Below, piece after piece: positions 44,449 through 53,268 of a stretch of DNA of 61,227 bases (position 1 is its first letter; every line of letters starts with the position of its first letter). Below the pieces are notes generated by a model. It worked only from the letters and a program-made list of their open reading frames with translations, did no database searches and was not told the origin of the DNA. Source of the stretch: Patescibacteria group bacterium (lineage in GTDB: Bacteria; Patescibacteriota; Microgenomatia; JBGSIU01); contig JBGSIU010000036.1 of assembly GCA_041742375.1 (NCBI GenBank), forward strand, positions 1 to 61,227, given 5' to 3'. Position numbers and translations under genes: made by a program.

Positions 44449-45393
44449 ATGACAAAAATTGCGATTATTATTGTTAATTATAATGGAGAAAAAGACACGA
44501 AGGAACTGTTAGAGAGTCTAAAAAGCATTAAAAAGGTAGATTTTGAACTTGATGTGATTATCGTTAACAACGATTTCCGTAGGGGCGGGTTTTTCCTGCC
44601 CGCCATTGCTACGCGCAGGCGTTGGCAGGCGGGCAACCCGCCCCATGGGGAGGGTCAAAAAAAGACCCCCCCCTACGAAATAAAGATAATTAATAACGAA
44701 ACAAATGTAGGTTTTGCACGAGCATGCAATCAGGGGATTCAATATTCTTTGAAAAATGGCTCAGACTATATTTGTCTTCTGAATAATGACACAGTAGTAA
44801 AACCAGATTTTTTAATTAATTTACTTAATATCTTTCAGATAGAAAAAGATTGCGGTATCGTGTCTCCAAAAATATATTTTTATCCCGGTCAAGAGTTCCA
44901 TAAATCGCGATATATAAAAGAGAATTTAGGAAAAGTAATTTGGTACGCCGGAGGAATATTTGATTGGGATAATATTTATGGAAGTCATCGGGGTGTGGAT
45001 GAAGTTGATACGGGTCAATATAACAAGGTACAAACTACCGATTATGCCACCGGTTGTTGCATGTTTATCAAGCGCAAAGTCATCGAAAAAATCGGAATGC
45101 TTGATGAAAAATATTTCGCCTATCTTGAAGATGTTGATTGTTGCGTCCGGGCAAAAAAAGCGGGGTATGAGATATATTATCAGCCTCATGCAGTAATCTG
45201 GCATAAAAACGCTTCGTCTTCCGGTGGTCCGGGTTCAAAATTGCATTATTTCCTTCAGGAAAGAAACAGAATATATTTTGGATTAAAATACGCCTCGTTA
45301 AAAACTAAAATACATTTGCTGATTAATGCAATTCAGTTTTTATTTTCCAGTAATTACAAAATTGCTCTATCTTTGATAAAAATGTCGCTATGA
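44449..45393 (+). CDS. GT2 glycosyltransferase (rhamnosyltransferase-like) with in-frame ~100-nt GC-rich insertion
   Basis: IIIVNYNGEKDT, NVGFARACNQG and LLNNDTVV. The segment FRRGGFFLPAIATRRRWQAGNPPHGEGQKKTPPY interrupts the VIIVNND...IINNE region. Confidence 0.8.
   Translation: MTKIAIIIVNYNGEKDTKELLESLKSIKKVDFELDVIIVNNDFRRGGFFLPAIATRRRWQAGNPPHGEGQKKTPPYEIKIINNETNVGFARACNQGIQYSLKNGSDYICLLNNDTVVKPDFLINLLNIFQIEKDCGIVSPKIYFYPGQEFHKSRYIKENLGKVIWYAGGIFDWDNIYGSHRGVDEVDTGQYNKVQTTDYATGCCMFIKRKVIEKIGMLDEKYFAYLEDVDCCVRAKKAGYEIYYQPHAVIWHKNASSSGGPGSKLHYFLQERNRIYFGLKYASLKTKIHLLINAIQFLFSSNYKIALSLIKMSL
44577..44677. repeat. GC-rich palindromic element (CCGTAGGGGCGGG...CCCCTACG) inserted in-frame in a GT2 gene
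   Basis: Inverted ends tttccgtagggg/cccctacgaaa, and internal hairpins ggcggg-tttttcct-gcccgcc, ggcggg-caa-cccgcc and gggtc-aaaaaaa-gaccc. Confidence 0.85.
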
Positions 45394-47051
45394 AAAAAAT
45401 AATTATTTTTTGTTTGTTAATGATTCTATGTATAATTCTCCGATTTTATAAATTAGGAGATTTTCCGGATGGAGTTCATATTGACGAAGCCGCATTTGGA
45501 TATAATGCTTATTCCATATTAAAAACCGGTAAAGATCAATTTGGAAATTCATTTCCATTTTTCTTTGAATCGGAAGGCGATTATAAACTTCCGGTTCATG
45601 TATATTTGTCAACTTTGTCGGTTTCTTTTTTTGGATTAAATTCATTTTCTGTACGATTTACGACACTTCTCATGGGCTATCTTTTGGTGATATCAATTTT
45701 TATCTTGACTTATCAAATTACACATTCTTACAAAAAATCGGTTCTCGCGGCGTTTTTGTTGTCAATTTCTCCTTGGCATTTCCTTTTTTCGCGCCAGGGA
45801 ACTGAAGTGGTGACCTGTGCCGTTTTTTCTTGCCTTTCGTTAATTTTTTTCATCCAGTTCGTACGCCGCGAGGGAATGATAAATATTATTTTATTTTTGG
45901 GAACGGCGTTACTCGCCATGTTTACGTATCGCACAGCAACCATTTTTATCATAATTTTTTATGCATTATTTTTTCTTTTAATTTCAGCAAATTATAAAAA
46001 ACGAAAGAAGTTTGCTCTGGCGATTTCATATACAATCCTTTTCCTGCTTTTTTTATTACTTACAACTTCCCTGCTGAAACGATACACTGATGTTAAGTTG
46101 TTTGATTCGCAGGAATTACGGGTAGTCACTGATTTAAACCTACGCGAAGATGGTACTTTTTCAAGACCGCTTAATAACCAATTTGTTCCGCGAATTTTTC
46201 ACAACAAACTTGAAAATTTAATTATCAGCGTGCAGAAAAACTTTTGGTCACAGCTTGATTACTCAACGCTTTTTTTCAAAGGAGATAATCTTAACAACTC
46301 AATTCCGAATTTGGGGAATATGTATTTTTTCGAGGTAACACTTTTTATCGTATTTTTATTTTTTTTAAAAAAACTAACGGAAAAGAATATTTTTTTTATA
46401 ATTCCCATGCTATGGATTTTTTCCTCGATTTTGCCCTCATCGATCACGCTCGACGCGGTTAATTCTTCGCGTACGTTTCAAGCGAGTATTGGATATGTGT
46501 TAGCAATAAGCATAGGATTAATAATTATTATCAACTTATTGAATAATCACAATTTTAAGTTTTTATTTAAGGGCATGGTGGTTATTCTATATGCTTATGG
46601 TTTATTCACAATGTTGCACTCATATTTTGTTCATAAGCCGATGAGAACTCCGTGGTATCGCGATGTGGGTTTAAACGAGGCGGTTTCATACATCGAAAAT
46701 CATAAAAACCAATATGAAAAAATTATTTTCGGAAATGACATATACACTCTCTATGCATATCGTGCAAAATTAGATCCGGCGTTTCTGCAAAAAAGAATCG
46801 CAGGCATCACGGATAATCGTGAAAAAAGAACGATGAAGAGGTTGGATGATAAATTCGTGACCGACGTGCAAAATTGTAATCTCAAAGAAGGGGAGGCGAA
46901 TGTTCTCTATGTTTGTTTTGGTCGGAAAATTCCAATTACCGGTCAAATAATAAAAACCTTTACCTTTCGGGACGGTCAGCCGAATGTGACTCTCTATGAA
47001 TATGATTCAAAGTCAAAAGTGAACCGTCCCATTAATATGGAGTATTATTAA
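45390..47051 (+). CDS. PMT/ArnT-family (GT39-like, PMT_2) polytopic glycosyltransferase
   Basis: LRFYKLGDFPDGVHIDEAAFGYNAYSILKTGKDQFGNSFPFFF. ATGA overlap with the upstream GT2. Confidence 0.8.
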   Translation: MKKIIIFCLLMILCIILRFYKLGDFPDGVHIDEAAFGYNAYSILKTGKDQFGNSFPFFFESEGDYKLPVHVYLSTLSVSFFGLNSFSVRFTTLLMGYLLVISIFILTYQITHSYKKSVLAAFLLSISPWHFLFSRQGTEVVTCAVFSCLSLIFFIQFVRREGMINIILFLGTALLAMFTYRTATIFIIIFYALFFLLISANYKKRKKFALAISYTILFLLFLLLTTSLLKRYTDVKLFDSQELRVVTDLNLREDGTFSRPLNNQFVPRIFHNKLENLIISVQKNFWSQLDYSTLFFKGDNLNNSIPNLGNMYFFEVTLFIVFLFFLKKLTEKNIFFIIPMLWIFSSILPSSITLDAVNSSRTFQASIGYVLAISIGLIIIINLLNNHNFKFLFKGMVVILYAYGLFTMLHSYFVHKPMRTPWYRDVGLNEAVSYIENHKNQYEKIIFGNDIYTLYAYRAKLDPAFLQKRIAGITDNREKRTMKRLDDKFVTDVQNCNLKEGEANVLYVCFGRKIPITGQIIKTFTFRDGQPNVTLYEYDSKSKVNRPINMEYY

Positions 47052-47060
47052 ATAACCAAC

Positions 47061-47816
47061 ATGATTTCTGCAATCGTGATCACAAAAAACGAAGAAAAAA
47101 TGATTAAAGACTGTTTGGAAAGCCTAAGATTCTGCGATGAAATAGTTGTGGTTGATTGTGGTTCGGTCGATGAAACACTGAGAATTGTACGTGAGTTTAC
47201 GGATAAAATTTATCAAATAAAAACGGATGATTTTTCCGAAATGAGAAATTTTGGTAAAGAAAAAGCAAGCGGTAATTGGCTATTATATATTGATGCCGAT
47301 GAACGAGTTAACGATTCTTTGAGGAAAAAAATACGTGAACTGGTTAATAATCCGAAATATGCGGGTTTTGAGATAAAAAGGAAGAATAATTTTTTGGGAA
47401 AGTGGATGGAATATGGCGGTTGGGAAAACGAGTATCTCTTAAGACTGATGCAAAAAGAAAAGCTCATTCAATGGTTTGGAAAATTGCATGAAACCGCGAA
47501 AGTTAACGGCAAAATTGGAAAAATAGACGAGGAGATTTTACATTTCTCGCACCGCAACATTTTTGATATGGTCGAAAAAACGAATAATTGGAGCAAGTTG
47601 GAAGCCGATTTGAGATTTAACAATCATCATCCGCAGATGACCGCGCCGCGATTTATAAAATTATTTATCAAAGATTTATTGACACGATTTTTCGTAAAAC
47701 AAGCACATAGAGATGGAGTTGTGGGAATTATTGAAGCGATTTATCAACCCTATAGTTTATTGATTACATATCTAAAGCTTTGGGAAAAACAAAACACCTT
47801 GTTATTCCGTGCTTGA
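47061..47816 (+). CDS. GT2 glycosyltransferase
   Basis: ISAIVITKNEEKMIKDCLESL, VVVDCGSVDET and YIDADERV. Confidence 0.75.
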   Translation: MISAIVITKNEEKMIKDCLESLRFCDEIVVVDCGSVDETLRIVREFTDKIYQIKTDDFSEMRNFGKEKASGNWLLYIDADERVNDSLRKKIRELVNNPKYAGFEIKRKNNFLGKWMEYGGWENEYLLRLMQKEKLIQWFGKLHETAKVNGKIGKIDEEILHFSHRNIFDMVEKTNNWSKLEADLRFNNHHPQMTAPRFIKLFIKDLLTRFFVKQAHRDGVVGIIEAIYQPYSLLITYLKLWEKQNTLLFRA

Positions 47817-47845
47817 CACAGAATCTATATAATTCTTTTTATCAT

Positions 47846-47872
47846 ATAGATTCCGGCCTGCGCCGGAATGAC
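47846..47872. repeat. GTCATTCC-family hairpin element, reverse orientation
   Basis: atagattccggc-ctgc-gccggaatgac. It is preceded by the 10-bp inverted repeat gaatctatat/atatagattc (47821..47853). Confidence 0.8.
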
Positions 47873-47883
47873 GGAAGGAAAAA

Positions 47884-48942
47884 TTGACAATAGGTCTATA
47901 TTCTCCATATTGGGATACATTGGGCGGGGGAGAGAAATATCTTTTTGATATCGTACGTTGTTTTCCCGAAGATAAGATCACTTTTCTAAGTGAAGATAGG
48001 GAAGTACTGGAGCAAGCAAAAGAGAGATTCAATTTTAAGCATAAACACATTCAAATTATTACTAATTTTAAAAAAGCTGACGGAAAAATAGATAAAAATA
48101 TTGTGCGACACATGGATATATTTTTTTATCAGTGTGATGGAAGCTTATTTTTTGGTCCGGCGAAAAAAAATATTCTTCTTATTCAATCTCCTGCACATAC
48201 GCCAAAGTTCAGCTGGTTGAACAAGTTGAAATCTCTAACTTGGCAAAAAATTGTCTGCAATTCTGATTTCACGGCACATTTTATCAGACAAAAAATGTTA
48301 GTAAGTCCAATTTTGTTAAATCCGGCGGTCATGCCGATCCCATCGCTTTTGAAAAAAAACACGATTCTTGCCGTGGGACGATTTTTTCCGCACCTGCACT
48401 CAAAAAAACAAGAAGTATTGATTGAGGTGTTTAAAAATATGTGCGGTTGTTATTCCAGCCTACAGTCCCCTTGGGGAGAAGGCTGGAATCTTATGCTTGC
48501 CGGTTCTGTGGTAGAAAGTGACAGGGAATATTTGAGTAAGATGAAAAAGCAGGCGGCGGGCTTCCCAATTGATTTTTATGAAAATGTGCCCTTCTCAAAA
48601 ATTACCGAACTGTATGGCGCGGCTAAAATTTTCTGGCATGCCGCCGGATATAGTGAAGATTTAAATAAATATCCGGAACGTGCCGAACATTTTGGGATTT
48701 CGACCATTGAAGCAATTTCTGCGGGTTGCTATCCCCTAGTTTTTAAAGCCGGCGGGCAAACAGAAATATTGAGTAATCATGATGAATTTTACTGGACAAC
48801 AAAAAAAGAATTGGTAAATAAAACCTTAGAATTGATTAATAACGGAGAATTAGCAATAAGCAATCTGAAAAAAATTCAAGATATTCCCCAACGCTACTCG
48901 TTTAATAATTTTAGGAAAAAACTTTATGAAATCATTGCGTGA
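47884..48942 (+). CDS. GT4 (GT-B fold, group 1) glycosyltransferase with in-frame hairpin-element insertion
   Basis: YWDTLGGGEKYLFD N-terminus and FGISTIEAISAGCYPLVFKAGGQTEIL, which is EX7E-like. TTG start. The CYSSLQSPWGEGWNL segment is encoded by the repeat. Confidence 0.75.
   Translation: MTIGLYSPYWDTLGGGEKYLFDIVRCFPEDKITFLSEDREVLEQAKERFNFKHKHIQIITNFKKADGKIDKNIVRHMDIFFYQCDGSLFFGPAKKNILLIQSPAHTPKFSWLNKLKSLTWQKIVCNSDFTAHFIRQKMLVSPILLNPAVMPIPSLLKKNTILAVGRFFPHLHSKKQEVLIEVFKNMCGCYSSLQSPWGEGWNLMLAGSVVESDREYLSKMKKQAAGFPIDFYENVPFSKITELYGAAKIFWHAAGYSEDLNKYPERAEHFGISTIEAISAGCYPLVFKAGGQTEILSNHDEFYWTTKKELVNKTLELINNGELAISNLKKIQDIPQRYSFNNFRKKLYEIIA
48449..48492. repeat. GTCATTCC-family nested hairpin element inside the GT4 CDS
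   Basis: gttattccagcc-tacag-tcccc-tt-gggga-gaa-ggctggaatctt. It matches 48944..48987 at 42 of 44 positions. Confidence 0.9.
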
Positions 48943-50905
48943 TGTCATTCCAGCCTACAGTCCCCTTGGGGAGAAAGCTGGAATCTTGTATCCTTTTCTT
49001 GTTTTTTTTATTTCTGTGCTTCTCTTCTGGAAATTTTTTATCCGCGGATTAATTCCTCTTCCGGCGGATACAATTGTGGGCATGTATCATCCGTGGCGCG
49101 ATCTATATGCCAAAGAATATCCCAATGGAATTCCATACAATAATCCTTTAATTACCGATCCGGTACGTCAGCAGTTTGTTTGGAAAAAACTGGTGCTCGA
49201 TTCATATAAAAAAGGCGAGTTACCCGTGGAAAATAAATATTCTTTTTCCGGTTATCCTCTTCTTGCCAATTTTCAAAGCGGCGCGTTTTACCCCCTGAAT
49301 TTATTATTTTTTATTCTTCCGTTTAATCTTGCGTGGGGAGGATATATTTTCCTCCAATTTTTTCTGGGCGCAATTTTTATGTTTGCATTTTTACAAAATA
49401 TATTAAGTAAAAATGCAAATCCTGAAGGAATTTCAACGACTGAAGGATCCTCTCATCAACAAATAGCATTCATTGGGGCCATCGTCTGGATTCTTTCCGG
49501 TTTCTGGGTTGCTTGGGCAGAGTGGGGGAATATTCTGCACACGGCCTTGTGGTTGCCATTAATTCTGTTAGCGATTGATAAAATTTCTATCAGCTTTGTC
49601 ATTCCGGCCCCGCAACGGAGTGCGGGGTCAACTCCAGCCGGAACCCAGAAAATATTCTTTTGGTCTTTTGTCTATCTTTTTTCACTCGTCTTTTCTTTCT
49701 TCGCCGGCCATCTCCAGACATTTTTCTATCTCTACATATTTTCCTTTTTTTATTTTTTCTACCGTCTACGTACCACCCCGCCTTTGGCGGGGCAGGCTCC
49801 CTACAAACTACGTACTTTTCTTCTATTTTTAATTATTAATTTTTCATTATTAATTATTACTATTCCTCAGTGGTATCCGACGTTTCAATTCATTCTCCAA
49901 AGCGCGCGTATCACCGATGTCAAAAACACTCTCACCCGTCCTGATTGGTTTATTCCATACCAACATTTAATCCAACTTTTTATTCCCGATTACTTTGGTA
50001 ATCCGGCAAAAGGTAACTACTGGGGTATTTGGAATTATGGTGAATTCTTATCATATATTGGTATTATCCCGTTCTTTTATGCAATGTTCTCAATTTTTCA
50101 ATCAATAAAAACAAGAAAAAATCTTTTTTGGGTGATTACATTATTAGTAGTTATACTTTTTGCTACAAAGAACCCGATTTCACAAATTCCATATCGCCTT
50201 CAAATTCCATTTTTCTCAACCGCCCAACCTTCACGCCTAATTTTCCTGTTAGACTTTTTGCTGATAATCTTTTTTTGTAAATCTCTTATGTTATTCCGGC
50301 GAAGGCCGGAATCTATCCTTATTTTCCTCACATTTTTATTTTTTTCCGTGATAGTTTTTTTTCAACCAGAATATCAACAAATTATTCTTCGCAATTCAAT
50401 CCAGCCAATTGCTATATTTATAATTTTTTCCCTGATTTCCCTCATTTCCCCAATTCCCCTTTTTCGAAAATTAGTCCTGCCAGCAATTTTCCTTCTCATC
50501 CTTTTTGACCAATCCCGCGTTTTTTGGCGCTACAACACTTTTGCGAGTGAAAAATATATCTTTCCCGAAACAAAAATCACGAGATTTTTGCGAGTTGAAT
50601 TAAAAAAAAGTTTTTTCAGGATTTCTTCTCTCGATGCGCGCATTATACCTCCCAATTTTTCCGCATATTACGAAATTCCGTCAATTGATGGTTATGATCC
50701 CTTATATCTGCAAACATATGCTGAAAAAATACGCGGCGGAAAAAGTACTGGTTTTAATCGCATTATTCAGCTTGATTCTCCCAACATCGAGCTTTATAAA
50801 GAATTAAGAGTTAAATATGTTTTAGCATTTACGGAAATTGATGGAGACGATTTTAAACTGGTTATGCAAGAAGGGAAGACTCTGCTTTATGAATTCAAAA
50901 AATAA
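48926..50905 (+). CDS. YfhO-like polytopic membrane protein (GT-C candidate) carrying four hairpin-element insertions
   Basis: DPVRQQFVWKKLVLDSYKKGELPVENKYSFSGYPLLANFQSGAFYPLN is a YfhO-type N-terminal region. It is a paralog of 53265..55232. Confidence 0.62.
   Translation: MKSLRDVIPAYSPLGEKAGILYPFLVFFISVLLFWKFFIRGLIPLPADTIVGMYHPWRDLYAKEYPNGIPYNNPLITDPVRQQFVWKKLVLDSYKKGELPVENKYSFSGYPLLANFQSGAFYPLNLLFFILPFNLAWGGYIFLQFFLGAIFMFAFLQNILSKNANPEGISTTEGSSHQQIAFIGAIVWILSGFWVAWAEWGNILHTALWLPLILLAIDKISISFVIPAPQRSAGSTPAGTQKIFFWSFVYLFSLVFSFFAGHLQTFFYLYIFSFFYFFYRLRTTPPLAGQAPYKLRTFLLFLIINFSLLIITIPQWYPTFQFILQSARITDVKNTLTRPDWFIPYQHLIQLFIPDYFGNPAKGNYWGIWNYGEFLSYIGIIPFFYAMFSIFQSIKTRKNLFWVITLLVVILFATKNPISQIPYRLQIPFFSTAQPSRLIFLLDFLLIIFFCKSLMLFRRRPESILIFLTFLFFSVIVFFQPEYQQIILRNSIQPIAIFIIFSLISLISPIPLFRKLVLPAIFLLILFDQSRVFWRYNTFASEKYIFPETKITRFLRVELKKSFFRISSLDARIIPPNFSAYYEIPSIDGYDPLYLQTYAEKIRGGKSTGFNRIIQLDSPNIELYKELRVKYVLAFTEIDGDDFKLVMQEGKTLLYEFKK
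48944..48987. repeat. GTCATTCC-family nested hairpin element at codons 7-21 of the YfhO-like CDS
   Basis: gtcattccagcctacagtccccttggggagaaagctggaatctt, read in a different frame from the copy at 48449. Confidence 0.9.
49598..49648. repeat. GTCATTCC-family nested hairpin element inside the YfhO-like CDS
   Basis: gtcattccggc-cccgca-acggag-tgcggg-gtcaactcca-gccggaacccag, translated as VIPAPQRSAGSTPAGTQ. Confidence 0.85.
49766..49815. repeat. GC hairpin insertion flanked by an 8-bp direct repeat inside the YfhO-like CDS
   Basis: ctacgtac-caccccgcctttggcggggcaggctccctacaaa-ctacgtac, with the core hairpin ccccgcc-ttt-ggcgggg. Confidence 0.8.
50290..50316. repeat. GTCATTCC-family hairpin element inside the YfhO-like CDS
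   Basis: gttattccggc-gaa-ggccggaatctat, translated as LFRRRPESI. Confidence 0.85.
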
Positions 50906-50923
50906 TAAAGATATAATCATTCT

Positions 50924-52444
50924 ATGAAAAATAAACTAATTGCTTTAACCCTGACTATTTTCTTTTTTATTGCCATGATAAAACCCCTCGAAAATCGAAT
51001 TTTTTCAATTAAATTTGTCGACGAAGAAGATAATTTTTTAATCGGTAAATGGATTAATGAAGGAAGAAAACCATATAAGGACATATTTTATAATCATCAG
51101 CCATATCCGATGATAATTAGTTCCGTTATTCAAAAAGTAACAAGACCAAACAGCCCCTTTCTTTTGGTCAAGCGTCACCGGGAATTTATTTTTTTCCTGT
51201 CATTACTATTCGCCTCATATCTTTCTCTAAAATACGGTTTAATGGGTTTCTTAACATTGGTTGCAATTAAATCCTTCGAATCAATTTTTCTTGGAAATCT
51301 TTTTATTGCTGAATCGCTGATTATTTATCCGACAATTCTGTCAATTTTAATCATGTTTAACGTGTTTAAGTCGAAAAAAATCTCCACGCTTGATTTAATC
51401 TTATCCTCACTCATATTAACATTTATTCCGTTGACCCTTATACCGCTGGCATTTTATGCAATTTTTTGCATGCTTTATATTTTATGGCGCGCAAAGCGAA
51501 AGCAGAAAATCATCTTCATAAGCCTTATTCTGGCTCACCTTATATCAATTTTTTCATTTATTCCATTTAAAAATTATTTTTTCGATACAATCTATATGAA
51601 CTTATATTATTTCATTCCCACGACCTCGAGCATATCAAATCCTTTTCTTCTGATTTATTATTCACTATTAAAACCTTTATCAATGATTTTTTCATCGAAT
51701 TTACCATTATCGATATATCTTTTGAACATTTTTTTTCTTTATGAAACAACAATCTTAATTAATTTGAAAAAAATAAAAAAAGTAATTTTTATTATTACTC
51801 TAATTTTTCTTTTAAATCTACGACCCCAACCTGATGGCGTGTATTACGAAGGGTTTCATCTTTTGCCTCTTTTTTGCGGATTAACCGTGATGACTTTCAT
51901 TATGGCAAAGGACATATTACAATTTCCGTCAATTGTCGGGAAAAAATTGTACAAATTATTGATTTATCTGGCAATAGCAATAATCCTTTTTGTCTCGGCA
52001 AACAGTCTTTTTATAAACTATTTTAAAGATCTAAGCAACAGGCAGCAAAACGATTTTTACATTAATTATTCCAATTCATATACTTATGCGGATGCGATAA
52101 ATATTTTAAAAACGAACGATCATAATACTTTTTATTCGGTAACTCAAAGATCTTTAATATATTGGCAAACAAATTTACGTCCCCCTTTCAGATATTTCTT
52201 TCTATTTTCTTTCATGATAAAGGAACCTTCTATAAAATCAGATTTTTCCAATGTTTTTGCCAAGAATCCGCCGGACTTTTTGTATCTGGAAACGGGAATA
52301 AAGGAAATCAATGATAGAAAAATTTATTACCATCTGAATAAAAATGGGGAATATTCCTCGCTTTTTATTAAAAAAGTAATCTGGAATAAAATTGATAAAT
52401 CAAAAAAGGAATTGATCAAAAAAAAACACGGTTTTTATCTATAA
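50924..52444 (+). CDS. polytopic GT-C-like membrane protein
   Basis: 506 aa with first loop VDEEDNFLIGKWINEGRKPYKDIFYNHQP, shared with 55224..56915. Confidence 0.5.
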   Translation: MKNKLIALTLTIFFFIAMIKPLENRIFSIKFVDEEDNFLIGKWINEGRKPYKDIFYNHQPYPMIISSVIQKVTRPNSPFLLVKRHREFIFFLSLLFASYLSLKYGLMGFLTLVAIKSFESIFLGNLFIAESLIIYPTILSILIMFNVFKSKKISTLDLILSSLILTFIPLTLIPLAFYAIFCMLYILWRAKRKQKIIFISLILAHLISIFSFIPFKNYFFDTIYMNLYYFIPTTSSISNPFLLIYYSLLKPLSMIFSSNLPLSIYLLNIFFLYETTILINLKKIKKVIFIITLIFLLNLRPQPDGVYYEGFHLLPLFCGLTVMTFIMAKDILQFPSIVGKKLYKLLIYLAIAIILFVSANSLFINYFKDLSNRQQNDFYINYSNSYTYADAINILKTNDHNTFYSVTQRSLIYWQTNLRPPFRYFFLFSFMIKEPSIKSDFSNVFAKNPPDFLYLETGIKEINDRKIYYHLNKNGEYSSLFIKKVIWNKIDKSKKELIKKKHGFYL

Positions 52445-52455
52445 TAATTTAAGAT

Positions 52456-53268
52456 ATGCAAGTAAGTATTGTTATCCCAAATTACAATGGTCTTGAAAAT
52501 TTAAAAAGAAACCTTCCTAAAGTGATCGAAGCCACGGAGGGTTTTTCTGAAGAGACAGAAATTGTTGTTGTGGATGATGCGTCAAATGATAAAAGCGTAG
52601 ATTTTCTCCAGAGTGAACAGTTGAAGAGGTTGACGGTGATTCCCAATAAGAAGAATGTTGGTTTTGCAGAAGGTTGTAATGTTGGGGTAAAAAACGCTAA
52701 GGGAGAAATTGTAGTCCTCTTAAATTCGGATGTATACCCCGAGATAAACTTTCTTAAATATCTTATGCCGCACTTTCAAGATGAAAAAGTTTTTGCCGTT
52801 AGTTGTTTGGAGAAAACTTTGAATGAAGAAGATGAGATTATCGGAGAACGCGGCGCAGGGAAGATCTTTTTTAAAGACGGGCTTTATCAGCACTCGGCCG
52901 GTGATTTGAATTCACGTGAAACCGACTGGGTATGCGGTGGGTCCGGCGCTTTCAGGAGGAGTATTTTCCTCAAGCTTGGTGGATTTGACAAAAATTTCGC
53001 ACCTTTTTACTGGGAAGACGTTGACTTGTCATACCGCGCCAAAAAGGCAGGCTATAAATTGCTATTTGAGAAAAGATCAATTGTTTACCACAAACACACG
53101 GAAGGTGCAATTAAGAAAAAATATTCTAAACAACAAATTGAAAAGATATCGTTTGCAAACCAGCTGAAGTTCACCAGAAAGCATGTTAATTCAGTAAGCC
53201 AGTTTGCCGATTTTACTATTTTTCTACTCAAATTTTATTTGAAGAAAATTTTTGCGAAAGACATATGA
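52456..53268 (+). CDS. GT2 glycosyltransferase
   Basis: VSIVIPNYNG, VVDDASNDKS, NVGFAEGCNVG, LLNSDV and WEDVDLSYR. Confidence 0.8.
   Translation: MQVSIVIPNYNGLENLKRNLPKVIEATEGFSEETEIVVVDDASNDKSVDFLQSEQLKRLTVIPNKKNVGFAEGCNVGVKNAKGEIVVLLNSDVYPEINFLKYLMPHFQDEKVFAVSCLEKTLNEEDEIIGERGAGKIFFKDGLYQHSAGDLNSRETDWVCGGSGAFRRSIFLKLGGFDKNFAPFYWEDVDLSYRAKKAGYKLLFEKRSIVYHKHTEGAIKKKYSKQQIEKISFANQLKFTRKHVNSVSQFADFTIFLLKFYLKKIFAKDI

Noticed and set aside
47813-47853. Sigma70-like promoter (ttgaca ... tataat) upstream of the GT4 gene, and similar -10-like strings in other spacers.
   Set aside because: The spacing between the ttgaca and the nearest tataat is only about 9 nt. In DNA this AT-rich, -10-like hexamers occur everywhere, so no promoter call is supportable without data.
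49400-49460. Extra segment SKNANPEGISTTEGSSHQQ in the YfhO-like protein, a possible fifth repeat insertion (aatcctgaaggaatttcaacgactgaaggatcc).
   Set aside because: It contains only a short direct repeat (ctgaagga) and a ggatcc site. I found no convincing hairpin and no match to the other families, so it may be ordinary loop-length variation between paralogs.
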